Made by a program: the position numbers and the translations under genes
Assembly (NCBI GenBank): GCA_963817955.1
Contig: CAWFQK010000002.1
Span: 832,001 to 896,000, forward strand
Length of the DNA: 64,000 nucleotides
Origin: an uncultured Gemmatimonadaceae bacterium
GTDB lineage: Bacteria; Gemmatimonadota; Gemmatimonadetes; Gemmatimonadales; Gemmatimonadaceae
Direction: 5' to 3'
Notes under the pieces: generated by a model
What the model was told of the DNA's origin: nothing
Database searches by the model: none
The model's input: the letters and a program-made list of their open reading frames with translations, nothing else
Shown here: positions 51,818-61,954 of the stretch, piece by piece
Layout: each line of letters begins with the position of its first letter
How positions within the stretch are numbered: the stretch's first letter is position 1

Positions 51818-53377
51818 ATGCCAGCCCCAAAGACCACTCCCGCTCAACGACAGCTGGCCAAGACGCTCAGGCGTCTCAAGGCGCTGCAAGACGGTGGGGC
51901 GGCCGTCTTCCAGGCTCGCGATTTCAGGCCCAGGGAAACGGCGTCGCTCGAGAAGGCGGGATTTCTCCGGCGCGTCGTGAAGGGGTGGTACGTCCCCTCG
52001 CGCCCGTCAGACGCCGCGGGTGACAGCACGCCCTGGTTCGCGGCGATGCTTGATTTTGTCGCCGGGTATTGCGACACGCGCTTTGGCGCGCGCTGGCATC
52101 TGTCGCCGCTGCATTCACTGCTCGTCCACACGGGCGCCACGAGCCTGCCGCGGCACATCGTCGTGCACGCGCCCGAAGGCGCAAACAATTCGATCGAGCT
52201 CCCTGAAGGGAGTTCGCTCATGCTGTACGCGAGCCCGAGCTTTCCGCCCGTGCGCGAGATCGCGCAGTCTGGAGCGTTGCGTGTACTCCCGGTGCCGGCG
52301 GCGCTCATAGCCGTTTCCGAGCATTTCTTCCAGAGTTGGCCCGTCGAAGCGCAGGTTGCGCTGGCGCAAGTGCGGGACGCTTCCGACCTCAGTCGTCCGC
52401 TCCTCGAGGGAGGCCGACCGGTGGTCTCCGGACGACTCGCTGGCGCGCTCCGGGCGGCCGGCCGGGCCGCGATGGCGGACGAGATCCTCGAAACCATGCG
52501 CGACGCCGGCTACGACGTGCGCGAGTCGAATCCGTTCGACGCACCGCTGCCCGTCCTTGGCCGGACGAGGGCCGAGTCGCCACACGTGCTGCGCATGCAC
52601 CTTCTCTGGCAGCAGATGCGCGACGTCGTGCTGGGGGCGATGCCGCCCGAGCCGGGACCGCCGCCATCACCAGAAGCGACCGAGGCCTATCTTGCGGATG
52701 TGCAGGCGATCTACGAGACGGATGCCTATCACTCGCTCTCCATCGAGGGCTACCGCGTGACTGAGGCCTTGATCGAGCGCGTCGCCACGGGCAACTGGAA
52801 TCCCCTCGACGGCGCCGGCGATGCGGCGCAGGACGCGTGGGCGGCGCTCGGGTATCACCGCGCGTTCCAGGCGGTGATGGGATCGGTCGGCCGCATGCTC
52901 AGCGGCGAGTCGGCCGCCGACGTCGTGGCCGATGACCATGCCCGCTGGTATCGGCAGCTCTTCAGTGCGAGCGTGGACGCCGGCGTACTCGAAGCATCCG
53001 ATCTGGCAGGCTACCGAAACGGGCCCGCCTACATCAAGAACGCCACCCACGTCCCGCCGTCGCCCGAGGCTGTGCGCGACATGATGCCGGCGTTTTTCGA
53101 GCTTCTTGCCGGCGAACCGAGCGCCGGCGTGCGCGCCGTCCTCGGTCACTTCTTCTTCGTCTTCATCCATCCGTACATGGACGGCAACGGCCGCATGGCG
53201 CGCTTCGTCATGAATGCGATGCTGGCCTCTGGCGGATACCCATGGACCGTCATCCGGCACGAGCAACGCGCCACCTACTTTGCCGCGCTCGATGCCGCCA
53301 GCGCCCGGTCGGATATCGCGCCGTTCGCGCGGTTCATCGCTCTTGCGGTGGCGGCACCAATGCCGCCGGCCAAGTAG
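51818..53377 (+). CDS. Fic family protein
   Basis: HPYMDGNGRMARF, YHSLSIEG. Confidence 0.92.
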   Translation: MPAPKTTPAQRQLAKTLRRLKALQDGGAAVFQARDFRPRETASLEKAGFLRRVVKGWYVPSRPSDAAGDSTPWFAAMLDFVAGYCDTRFGARWHLSPLHSLLVHTGATSLPRHIVVHAPEGANNSIELPEGSSLMLYASPSFPPVREIAQSGALRVLPVPAALIAVSEHFFQSWPVEAQVALAQVRDASDLSRPLLEGGRPVVSGRLAGALRAAGRAAMADEILETMRDAGYDVRESNPFDAPLPVLGRTRAESPHVLRMHLLWQQMRDVVLGAMPPEPGPPPSPEATEAYLADVQAIYETDAYHSLSIEGYRVTEALIERVATGNWNPLDGAGDAAQDAWAALGYHRAFQAVMGSVGRMLSGESAADVVADDHARWYRQLFSASVDAGVLEASDLAGYRNGPAYIKNATHVPPSPEAVRDMMPAFFELLAGEPSAGVRAVLGHFFFVFIHPYMDGNGRMARFVMNAMLASGGYPWTVIRHEQRATYFAALDAASARSDIAPFARFIALAVAAPMPPAK

Positions 53378-53816
53378 GCCGAGGCTGAATGGTGACGCGT
53401 CTCAACGCCGCACGGAATGTGACCGCTTCGGCCGGAATACGCACTGGTGAGGGAATGGCACATGCGGCCGCGCCGCCTCGACTCGTCATCATGTCGGGCC
53501 GGATCTTGAAGATGAGTCCTGGCGCGGGAGAACGATCCACTCTACACGCAGCTTTGGAACGAGTTCTCGTCGGCGCGGCAGCGGGCTTTACTCGCCGTTC
53601 GTCGCGAGAACGGGCAAGGCTTGAAGTCGAGCGAATTCGTGGCTCGCTACTCGATGCCCGTCCCCACGATGTTGAGGACCCGTTGTTTGGAAAGTGGCTC
53701 GACGCCCCCGAGCGACCCGACCTCAAAGCGCAGGGCCGGATCGCTCACGTCGAGGGTAGCCTGCCCACGAAGGACCATGTTGCATGGCTCGGAGCAGGCT
53801 GCAGAGATCTGCGTAT

Positions 53817-55157
53817 CTATCGCGGTGGGACTCGCGGCTTGCGCGAGGTAGCGATTGGGGCCGCCACGTCAGCGCGCGGTGCGAACTCCACCGTATACTT
53901 CGCGTCGCCAGCCTCTTGCATGTCGGTTGCCGAAACTGGCATCAACTCAACGATCCACGTTCCCGCCTGCGACAACGCAACCGGCAGTGGCATCGGCCCG
54001 GTGACCACGGTCGGCTTCAGCGCCAGCTCCTCGCTCTCTTCATTATAGATGCGCACGCGGATCTGGAGACCCGCGAGTTGAGACGGCCGGACGGTCACGG
54101 TGAGGTTCTCCGGTTTCTCCGCCTTGTAGATCAGGCGACTCGTCTCGCTCGTCGACACCTTCGCGTTCGATCGTGCGTCGAAGTTTGCCGGCAACTTGAA
54201 GGCGCTTGACACTTTGCTCGTTGCCGTCACCGCCTCGCCGGTCGCTTTGTCGTCGACCACAGAGAACTCGAGGCCGACCGACTGCGTTGCACCCCACGGC
54301 TGAACCTCGACGCGAAACATCTCGTCCGACTTGGGCGTGAACGCGCTCGATTCGTAGTAGCCCGTCGGGGTGTCGTTGCGGTACAGCTCTTCGCCCGTCC
54401 CGCGCATGACCTTTACGAGGAAGTCGCCGGTGCCCATGCTCGCGAACCGGAAACGAACCTTCGTGCCGCCTTTGACGGCGACGTGGCGAATGAACGGCTG
54501 CACCCTCGTCACCGTCGCATTCAATTTGGCGCCCGAGACGAGCGGGGCGACCGATGCGTCACTGCGAAAACCGACCCGAAAATGGCGGGGATAATTCGTG
54601 GAATATCGAATTGATCCGTCCCGCTGGCGCGATTCGGTCGTTTTCGCCGCTGCCGTTGTGCGCGTTTTGAGGGTGTAGTAGCCCGTCTCTGGTAGCGATA
54701 CGCTCTCACCCAGAATCTTGTCGCCTGACCATGTGCTGAAGGCCTTGCGCGCCACAGTGACGTTCGACGGCGCGATCAACTCGTACTCGAACGTCGAAAC
54801 GTTCCCCGGTACGAGCTCGAGGTTGACGGTCTCGCCTTGGCAGCCCCGCAACGAGTCCACGGTCACGACACGCGCCGAGTCGTCGAGCGATGTGAAGAAG
54901 AACTTATCCGAATCGTACTCCAGGCCGTCGTTGAAGCCGCGCGACATGCGCTCGAACGCGAACGTTTTGCGGGTGTTGTTACCGACGCATCCTGTGCTGG
55001 TGACCTGCTGAAACATGCCTTTGATGCCGCCCGAACATTTGTCGAGGATCGGCCGTTCGAGCTTCGGCAAACCGGCACAATCCTGCGCATCCACGGATCC
55101 GGCAAACAGTGTCAACGCAACCAGCACGACTTGGCAGCGAAATCGATGTACCGACAT
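53817..55157 (-). CDS. Secreted hypothetical protein with repeated beta-sandwich (PPC-like) domains
   Basis: GGAG RBS, signal peptide, LPETGYYTL and LSQAGTWIV strands. Confidence 0.65.
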   Translation of the reverse strand: MSVHRFRCQVVLVALTLFAGSVDAQDCAGLPKLERPILDKCSGGIKGMFQQVTSTGCVGNNTRKTFAFERMSRGFNDGLEYDSDKFFFTSLDDSARVVTVDSLRGCQGETVNLELVPGNVSTFEYELIAPSNVTVARKAFSTWSGDKILGESVSLPETGYYTLKTRTTAAAKTTESRQRDGSIRYSTNYPRHFRVGFRSDASVAPLVSGAKLNATVTRVQPFIRHVAVKGGTKVRFRFASMGTGDFLVKVMRGTGEELYRNDTPTGYYESSAFTPKSDEMFRVEVQPWGATQSVGLEFSVVDDKATGEAVTATSKVSSAFKLPANFDARSNAKVSTSETSRLIYKAEKPENLTVTVRPSQLAGLQIRVRIYNEESEELALKPTVVTGPMPLPVALSQAGTWIVELMPVSATDMQEAGDAKYTVEFAPRADVAAPIATSRKPRVPPR

Positions 55158-55671
55158 GGCTCTCCGTTCTAAATGGTGTGCGGGACGTCCGGCGATTGGC
55201 GCATCATGAAACCGGCATTGCTGCTAGGCGATCCAGTGGGTCCGAATAGCAGCAATGCGCATGGTGCGGAATCGTGCGTGCAAGTCGGACCCGATCGCCT
55301 CCACGTATCGAGGGCACGAATGGGGTACCAGCTGGCACCAGACCGGCGGCCACACCGCAAGCATCGGTCGGGACGTGCGCGAACTTGACTTGAAGTTCGT
55401 GGGTCATCCGACTCTATAATAGTGGGCGGGAAAGATTAGAAGGTTGGGGTTTTCCGGCCTCATAATGGGTGGAATAGATTAGACGGTTCTCATCATCGGG
55501 GATCGAGGTCCCGCCCACCGCACTGGCCGTGACCCCCAGGATCGTCGCGTATGTCGTCCGGTCCGCCATCGCTGGTACTCTAATGAGAATACCATACTAT
55601 GCTGGGCGACCCACTCAAATCCCGGAGAGGGCTCACGTTCACGCCCGTCCGGTCGATACTTCCACGTCGGC

Positions 55672-56094
55672 ATGCTCGAAAAGTGGTTCCAGACGGTACG
55701 TAACCGTTGCCCATTTCAGCATGCCGTCGCCATCACGATCATCTCATCCGACACAATGCCCTCCTCCCTCGCTCGCACCTTCGCACAGAGTGACGTGCTC
55801 GGCAATCTTAGGGTGGTGGCAGGCGGTGACATCATCCCGGCGAGAGCCTCCGTGCGGCCATCCGAAGACGCTTCGGAACCAGAGGCCGGAATCACATCAC
55901 TCGAAATGACCCCGTGCCCATACTGCTCCGCCGAGGTTGCGTGCAGGCCTCACGTGATCAAACTGGGCGTTGATCCGCGGATTCAGATGTTCGCAAAGGC
56001 GGGTTACTGCCAGTGCGGCTTCGCCGTTCTGACGCCGTACGCACTGACCGCAATCGACGACATCGCGCGTGCGACGACATTGCGCGTGCGCTGA
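55672..56094 (+). CDS. Hypothetical protein with possible zinc ribbon
   Basis: CPYC...CQCG; no family recognised. Confidence 0.4.
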   Translation: MLEKWFQTVRNRCPFQHAVAITIISSDTMPSSLARTFAQSDVLGNLRVVAGGDIIPARASVRPSEDASEPEAGITSLEMTPCPYCSAEVACRPHVIKLGVDPRIQMFAKAGYCQCGFAVLTPYALTAIDDIARATTLRVR

Positions 56095-56181
56095 TGGCTT
56101 GCGACGGAGTCAGCGGGTGCACGCCTTGAAGGCGCTGGTGTCAAACGCGCCGGCCGTCCAGTGGCCCTGATGCTGTCCCCG

Positions 56182-56320
56182 GCGCGCTGATCGACCGTCT
56201 CCACCATGCGTCGGACCTCGTCCCAGGTGATCGCGCGTGGCACGTCCGCCAAGCGAGAGCGCTGCGGCATTTCCAGGATCCGACTCAGATCACGGCCGAG
56301 GATCCCTTCGCGATGGAGAT
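56182..56320 (-). pseudogene. Tyrosine recombinase fragment (RIT-like)
   Basis: LHREGILGRDLSRILEMPQRSRLADVPRAITWDEVRRMVETVD. Confidence 0.65.
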
Positions 56321-56442
56321 TGGGTCGCGCCCTGCGCCTGCGCGAAGGGACCGAACTGCATCAACGAGGGCACACGGCGATAGACATTTCGGGTCGCGTA
56401 GCCGCGCTCCGTCATCCATGTGACGTAGCGCTCAGTTGGCAG

Positions 56443-56805
56443 TCACCGTAGCTTCCAGCTTCTCTGCCACACTCCGAAACCAGATTTCGACACGGTCGAA
56501 CGCGGTGTGGTGAGCGAGCTGAAATCGGGAACAGCCAGCAGTCGATGCTTCGCGATCGCCGCGATGGAATCCATATGGTGGATCCGCAGCGCAAGGCGCA
56601 GCGCGCGTAGTTTCGACGTCTCCTTTCTGCTGGCGCGGCCACCAACCTCCTGAGCGGTGGAGGATGCGCTGATTTGATCGATGGTGGCGGTGAGCTCCTG
56701 CCGAGCGAAAGAACGCATGAGCGGGGCGAACGCCGTGGGTTGGGCATCGAGAAACGCGTCGATGCGGCGGAGCGCTTGCCGCATACTGCCTTCGTGGTAT
56801 TTCAT
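56443..56805 (-). pseudogene. 5' part of an uncharacterised helical protein family gene
   Basis: MKYHEGSMRQALRRIDAFLD...LRLALRIHHMDSIAAIA; in frame with the hsdM fragment. Confidence 0.5.
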
Positions 56806-56808
56806 GTG

Positions 56809-57261
56809 GGGTCCGACGACTTCGACCATTGCCGCGATGAGCGCTCGCGGTGTGAAGTACTGTCCCGCGCCGCTCTTCACATCCTCGGCGTTCTTCTGGA
56901 GCAGGCCTTCGTAGGCGTCGCCCTTTACGTCGACGCCGAGGCTAGTCCATTGCTCCTTGCCAATGAGGTCGACGATGAGGCGGCGGAGCTTGGCCGGGTC
57001 CTGGATCTTGTTCTGTGCCTTCCGGAAGATGAGGCCCAGCAGGCCGGACTTCTTGCCGAGTTCTTCGAGAGTGCGTCGGTAGTGCACCTCGAGTTCGTCG
57101 CCTTCGACTTTCAGCAACGCGCTCCAGTCGAATCCCTTCGGGATGCGTGACGGTTTGTTGAAAGGTGGCCTGGACTGTTCATCCGCCATCTTGAGGAACA
57201 GCAGGAACGTCAACTGCTCGACGTAGTCGCCATAGGACAGGCCGTCGTCGCGGAGAATGTT
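56809..57261 (-). pseudogene. hsdM: Type I RM methyltransferase N-terminal fragment
   Basis: LRDDGLSYGDYVEQLTFLLFLKM...GDAYEGLL...GAGQYFTPR; stops before motif I. Confidence 0.88.
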
Positions 57262-57535
57262 ACGGATGTCGCGGATCCGCTCGAGCAGCTCATCGAAGTA
57301 GTCCGTCTGCCCTTTGCCGGGCGGATTCTTGAGCCGTTCGTCGTCCATGGTGAAGCCTTTCACCAGGAACTCGCTCAAGTGCGCGGTAGCCCACGGCGAG
57401 TATGGCTTGGAGGTTGTAGTGCTCCACCTCGCGGGTGACCTGCCGAGTGCCTTCCTGCCGAACTATCCGGAATTTCCGGATGGTTGGGCCCCGGGGCAAC
57501 TCGCCTTCGTCGAAGATGTTGACGAGGTGCTCGTC
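57262..57535 (-). pseudogene. rhuM: RhuM family fragment with internal deletion/frameshift
   Basis: NIFDEGEL..TIRKFRIVRQEG..YNLQAILAVGYR, then KGFTMDDERLK..YFDELLERIRDIR. Confidence 0.85.
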
Positions 57536-57782
57536 GCGGCGCGCCCAGCGGTCTGTCTCATTCAGCGGTGGCATTTCAGCGATATATTGATGTTTGCTCC
57601 GGCGGGACATCATTCAGTTGGGCGTGCCTCTCGCTATCTGGCGCGGCGGGCAGGTGGTCGAGGTCTCGCCGACAGTGTCGAGTTGCCCGTCGACGCCGGC
57701 GGCGCCATGGCTGACGACCGCTGACTCCGAACGGGAGCGACGAGGAGCGATAGATCGACGCAATACTACTTGCCGTGCCACA

Positions 57783-58331
57783 ATGACAAAACCGCGGATC
57801 AAGAGAATGAAGTCGCCGGCGAAGAGGCGGACTACGACGGCGTCATCAGGGGAGAAGCGGGTATTTTCGCTCGATGTATCCATCCTCAGCGGTCCGATGA
57901 GCAAACGCTTCGTCCGGAAGAATCCGAAGGTCTCGCGGACGATCGCGATCCGTGGCGACCACACGCTCGCGCAGCTCCACAGTGCGATCTTCCATGCCTT
58001 CGGCCGCGAAGAAGAGCACTTGTACGAGTTCCAGATTGGCGGCACGGGGCCGATGGACCCCAGCGCGCGGCGCTACGGGCTATCCATGGTCATCGATGAT
58101 CTCTTCGATGAACCAAAGAGCCACGGAAGCGTGGAGCGCACGACCGTCGACTCCCTCGGCCTCGCGATCGGCGACAGTTTCGGCTACTGGTTCGACTTCG
58201 GCGACGATTGGTGGCATCAGATTACCGTGCTCGCGATCACCGCAAAAGCGCCGCGCGGAAAGCTCCCCATAGTGACGCAGCGCGTCGGGCAGAACCCGCC
58301 GCAGTACGTGGACTGGGACGAAGAAGAATGA
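57783..58331 (+). CDS. pRiA4b ORF-3 family protein
   Basis: TLAQLHSAIFHAF..HLYEF, YWFDFGDDWWHQI, PPQY. Confidence 0.85.
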   Translation: MTKPRIKRMKSPAKRRTTTASSGEKRVFSLDVSILSGPMSKRFVRKNPKVSRTIAIRGDHTLAQLHSAIFHAFGREEEHLYEFQIGGTGPMDPSARRYGLSMVIDDLFDEPKSHGSVERTTVDSLGLAIGDSFGYWFDFGDDWWHQITVLAITAKAPRGKLPIVTQRVGQNPPQYVDWDEEE

Positions 58332-59062
58332 GGAAGCAGCCGGAGAAGTCCAAGATCAACGGCGTGCTCGAAGAGTTCCTCAAAGAGCAACGCTCGAGGC
58401 TCGCGCCCAGAACCCTGGCGAAGTACGACACTGTGCTCGATCTCCTGCAGACTCACTTGAACGGCTACGCCTCCGAGAGCTTGTCCGCATCGGAGGCGGC
58501 TCTCTTCGAGCGGTGCTACAACGCCAAAGGTGAGGAACACCGCGAGTTCTGCGAACTCTTCGGCCCGGAGAAGATCGTCGAGCATCTCGACAGCTTCCTC
58601 GGCTACTTCATGATTCGCAAGGTGATCGCCGGGGAGGACCTCCTGCGGTCGGCAGGCACCGTGACGAAGAAGCTCTCGCAGTGGCTCGGCGAGAATGGCT
58701 ACGTCTCACTCGAAGCCGGCGATGAAGCGATGGAGAGGAGCGCCGCCTCCGCCCGGGATTTGCCCAAGGCCGAGCGCGCTGCGCAGATTCTCCGCAACGT
58801 CACCGATCGGCTTTCGATCGATGCGTCGAAGCTCGCCGACGACGATTACCTGGAGTTTGATCACTACACGATCGCCAAGGTGGAGTCCGGTCAGCTTTGG
58901 CTTGCGGTCTGGCAGGATCAAAGGTTGCGCAAGGTTGGGCCGATCCCGGCTCCCGAATCCGCGACCCGATGGCTGCGTCCCGGCTGGTCCATCAGTTGTG
59001 CCTTGGGCCGAATTCGCAAGTCGTGGCGTCTTCTCGACGTGGCGAACGTATACCCTGGGTGA
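58328..59062 (+). CDS. Hypothetical protein, N-terminus resembling an integrase SAM-like/core-binding domain
   Basis: ATGA coupling; LEEFLKEQRSRLAPRTLAKY. Confidence 0.7.
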   Translation: MRKQPEKSKINGVLEEFLKEQRSRLAPRTLAKYDTVLDLLQTHLNGYASESLSASEAALFERCYNAKGEEHREFCELFGPEKIVEHLDSFLGYFMIRKVIAGEDLLRSAGTVTKKLSQWLGENGYVSLEAGDEAMERSAASARDLPKAERAAQILRNVTDRLSIDASKLADDDYLEFDHYTIAKVESGQLWLAVWQDQRLRKVGPIPAPESATRWLRPGWSISCALGRIRKSWRLLDVANVYPG

Positions 59063-59598
59063 GCGCGGTCTGGCCGACAGCGCTTGGGCAGTGAAACCGA
59101 TGGCTCGACGCAATGGAACCGAGGAGAGCGGACGAAACTGCCGTCCGCGTTAGGCTCTCGGAAACCCGTGGGGATCGATGTTTACGTGTTCGCCGCTTTG
59201 CGCGGCATGAGTCCGACCGGTTGCATCCCCAAGCCGAAAAGCGCCCGCTCGGGCATCGGTCACGTCATAGTGAATCCGGAAGGTATCCGATACGAAAACT
59301 TCCATCCGCGTGGGAACGGCGCATCTGCGTGCGCCGGACCCCGGTAGTCCCAGTCGAGAACGGCATTGAGTTGCTCCACAGCACCTATCGCAGTGGGATA
59401 GAGCTGTTGGAGGATCGTCGCACTGAGGCGTCGGCATCGGAAGTACTGTCGGATTCTGTCTCCGAAGAAAGCGATCCGTCGCCACAGCCGGTGATGTCAC
59501 GGTGCTTCGGCTGGCTCCTCACTCATACGAGATCGCGGCGAGGGCGACAGCTTCCGTATGTGACCATTTGCAGCGAACGGCTATGCCACGAAGTTCGC

Positions 59599-59862
59599 TC
59601 AGCGGTCGCTCCCCTGGTCCTCCTGGTATAGCGGTTCGAGGTCGATGAGTTCGACGTCGGACCGCCCCCGAGCGACCGTTCGCACCTCGGTCGTGAAGGT
59701 CCCCGCGAAGGCGAGGAGCTTGGCGTTGGCCGCCCGCGGGCCCAGCGCGGCCCGCGCGGCTGTGAGCCGCGCGAGATGGCGGGCGTCGAAGCGCCGCCCA
59801 GCCTTTGCCTCGCCGAGTGCGAGGATCGTCCGGCCGATCATGGCCTTGGGGACGGGTAGCAT
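59599..59862 (-). pseudogene. Remnant of an ATPase/DUF234-like PD-(D/E)xK protein
   Basis: ILALGEAK...HLARL...LLAF...LIDLEPLY fused to a short N-terminus with GGAG RBS. Confidence 0.5.
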
Positions 59863-59914
59863 GATGACGGCTCCGGAAAGACCAGTATGCTATAGACTAC
59901 TCTACTAGTCTTTC

Positions 59915-61744
59915 TTACGCCAGGCCGATCCTACCGTCAGCTGCGGGACATGGACTGTGCAGAACTCGGCTCGACACGACGCGGTTTCTACCCTCGTCCT
60001 TGGCGCGGTAGAGCTCCGCATCGGCCGCCCTGAGCGCCTCATCGTGACTCACCGCGTTGTCGTTGCTCGCGAGACCGACGCTGATCGTGACCCTCAGGCC
60101 GCCAGCGACAGACTCCCAGTCGAACTGCTCGACTGCGCTTCGAATAGACTCGCACACACGATGCGCGTCTGCGAGCGAGGTCTCCACGAACACCATCGCG
60201 ATCTCGTCCCCACCATAGCGGGCGACCACGTCGACTCGGCGGGAATGCGTTCGGATGATGTGCGCGACGGCTCGCAACACCGCATCGCCTGTCGCATGCG
60301 AGAAGGTGTCGTTGACGCGCTTGAAATAGTCGATGTCGACCAGCGCGACGGCGAGCGGATGGGCGTACCGGCGAGCGCGTTCCCACTCGACCGGTAGCTG
60401 CAGATCGAGGTCGCGTCGATTGCAAAGCCCGGTGAGTCCGTCCTCGCGACCTAATCGATCCAGTTCCACGGCCTGCGCTTCGAGTTGCGTCAAGAGCCGA
60501 GCCTTCTCCTGGTTCGCAGCATCGAGCGCCGCGTTGCGCTCACGGAGCAGGTTTGCCTCTCGTTCCTTTTCGCGAACCTCGGACTGGATCATTACGCTGA
60601 GCACGCGGCGCTCGGCGTCCGCCCCGCGCAGTTCCTCGCGCACATCGTAATACAGCTTGAAATGGCGCAATGCGAGCGTCGGCTCGCCACGGGCTTCGTG
60701 CACTGCCACGAGCGCGTGGTGAATGTCCCCCAGTTGCTGCCGTACGTTCGTTTCGCCATTCAGGTCGAGCGCGGCGTTCAAGGCGATCAGCGCGGAGTCA
60801 TACTGCCCGACGCGCACCAACAGCTCACCCGTGCGCAGTTTGGCTTCGGCTTGGTGAACCCGGAGACGGCTCTCAGCGCTCATGTCGGCTACTTGACGAA
60901 ATATCGCGAGCGCGCCTTCAATGTCCCCGGCGTCCGATTTCAGAAGCCCCATGTTCTCGAGAACCTGAACCTCCGAACCGACGTTGCCGGCGGAGCGTGC
61001 GAGCGCGAGCCCTGCCTGATAGTGCATGAGCGCGGTCTCTCGTTGACCAAGCCTGGCGTGCCCATACCCGATGTTGTTGTGTGCGGTAGCGGCCTGCTCG
61101 GCATCCGAGCAATGGAGGGCGTAGTCCAGGGCGCGCTCGTGAAACGCGAGACTCTCGTGAAACTGTCCGACCGATCCGAGAGCGCACCCAATGTTCATCG
61201 CGGCCATCATGACGCCACGGGTATCGCCGAGCGCCTCGCATAAATCCTGGCTCGCCCGAAACTGGTCGATCGCGGGTGCGATTTCGCCAGCGGCTAAATG
61301 AACCGCGCCGTACGCGCGCCGAGTCTCGGCCTCGCCGGCGGTGTCGAGTAGTTGACGTTGAAGCTCGAGGGCGTCGACGTGGAAGCGAGCGGCTTCCACG
61401 CAATCACCCCGCTGCAGGTGCAGTCGGCCGATCGCGGTGAGTGTCGCGGCGCGCTCCCGACCCTCGCCGAGTTGGGTAAAGATGGTCTCGGCTGTCGTTG
61501 CTTGTTCCAGAGCGCGCTCGACATCCAGGAGACGCGACCGGCATGCCGCTCCGGCGCGCAAGGCGCGCGCCTCACCAAGGCGATAGCCGTGGGCCCGAGC
61601 GAGTACGGCCGTCTCGTCCGCGACGGTCGACCCTGCGCGTGCATCGGTGAATCGCATGGCGTCGGCGCGAGCGGTCGCGGCGTCGACCTGCGCGTTGAAG
61701 TCGCCAGAGGTGACGGCGTCTGATTCGGTGACGACGAGGTTCAA
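59915..61744 (-). CDS. TPR-repeat diguanylate cyclase
   Basis: TPRs, DGLTGLCNRR, DIDYFKRVND, RRVD I-site, RYGGDEI. Confidence 0.92.
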   Translation of the reverse strand: MNLVVTESDAVTSGDFNAQVDAATARADAMRFTDARAGSTVADETAVLARAHGYRLGEARALRAGAACRSRLLDVERALEQATTAETIFTQLGEGRERAATLTAIGRLHLQRGDCVEAARFHVDALELQRQLLDTAGEAETRRAYGAVHLAAGEIAPAIDQFRASQDLCEALGDTRGVMMAAMNIGCALGSVGQFHESLAFHERALDYALHCSDAEQAATAHNNIGYGHARLGQRETALMHYQAGLALARSAGNVGSEVQVLENMGLLKSDAGDIEGALAIFRQVADMSAESRLRVHQAEAKLRTGELLVRVGQYDSALIALNAALDLNGETNVRQQLGDIHHALVAVHEARGEPTLALRHFKLYYDVREELRGADAERRVLSVMIQSEVREKEREANLLRERNAALDAANQEKARLLTQLEAQAVELDRLGREDGLTGLCNRRDLDLQLPVEWERARRYAHPLAVALVDIDYFKRVNDTFSHATGDAVLRAVAHIIRTHSRRVDVVARYGGDEIAMVFVETSLADAHRVCESIRSAVEQFDWESVAGGLRVTISVGLASNDNAVSHDEALRAADAELYRAKDEGRNRVVSSRVLHSPCPAADGRIGLA

Positions 61745-61954
61745 CTGAGCTACTGTCGAAACGTGTGAAAACAGACGAAGACGGTGACCCCTTCTCCGGG
61801 GAGACCAATCACCCCCGGGAGAATCCCGGCAACGAAAAGGAGTTGCCGCCCATGAAGAAGGAAGGTTGAGCCAGCCACGTCAAGCGCGAGCTGGAAAGAT
61901 TAGAAGGCTCTCATTATCGGGGGAGCGCAGGTCATCCGGGCTAGGGCACGCGCG

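Noticed and set aside
53389..53810. Possible ORFs between Fic and the secreted protein (also 59113-59631)
   Set aside because: No recognisable motifs or convincing starts in any frame examined.
59063..59155. Integron attC site (GTTAGGC at ~59149)
   Set aside because: No matching RYYYAAC or convincing L-box pairing, no intI, and neighbouring genes are not uniformly oriented.
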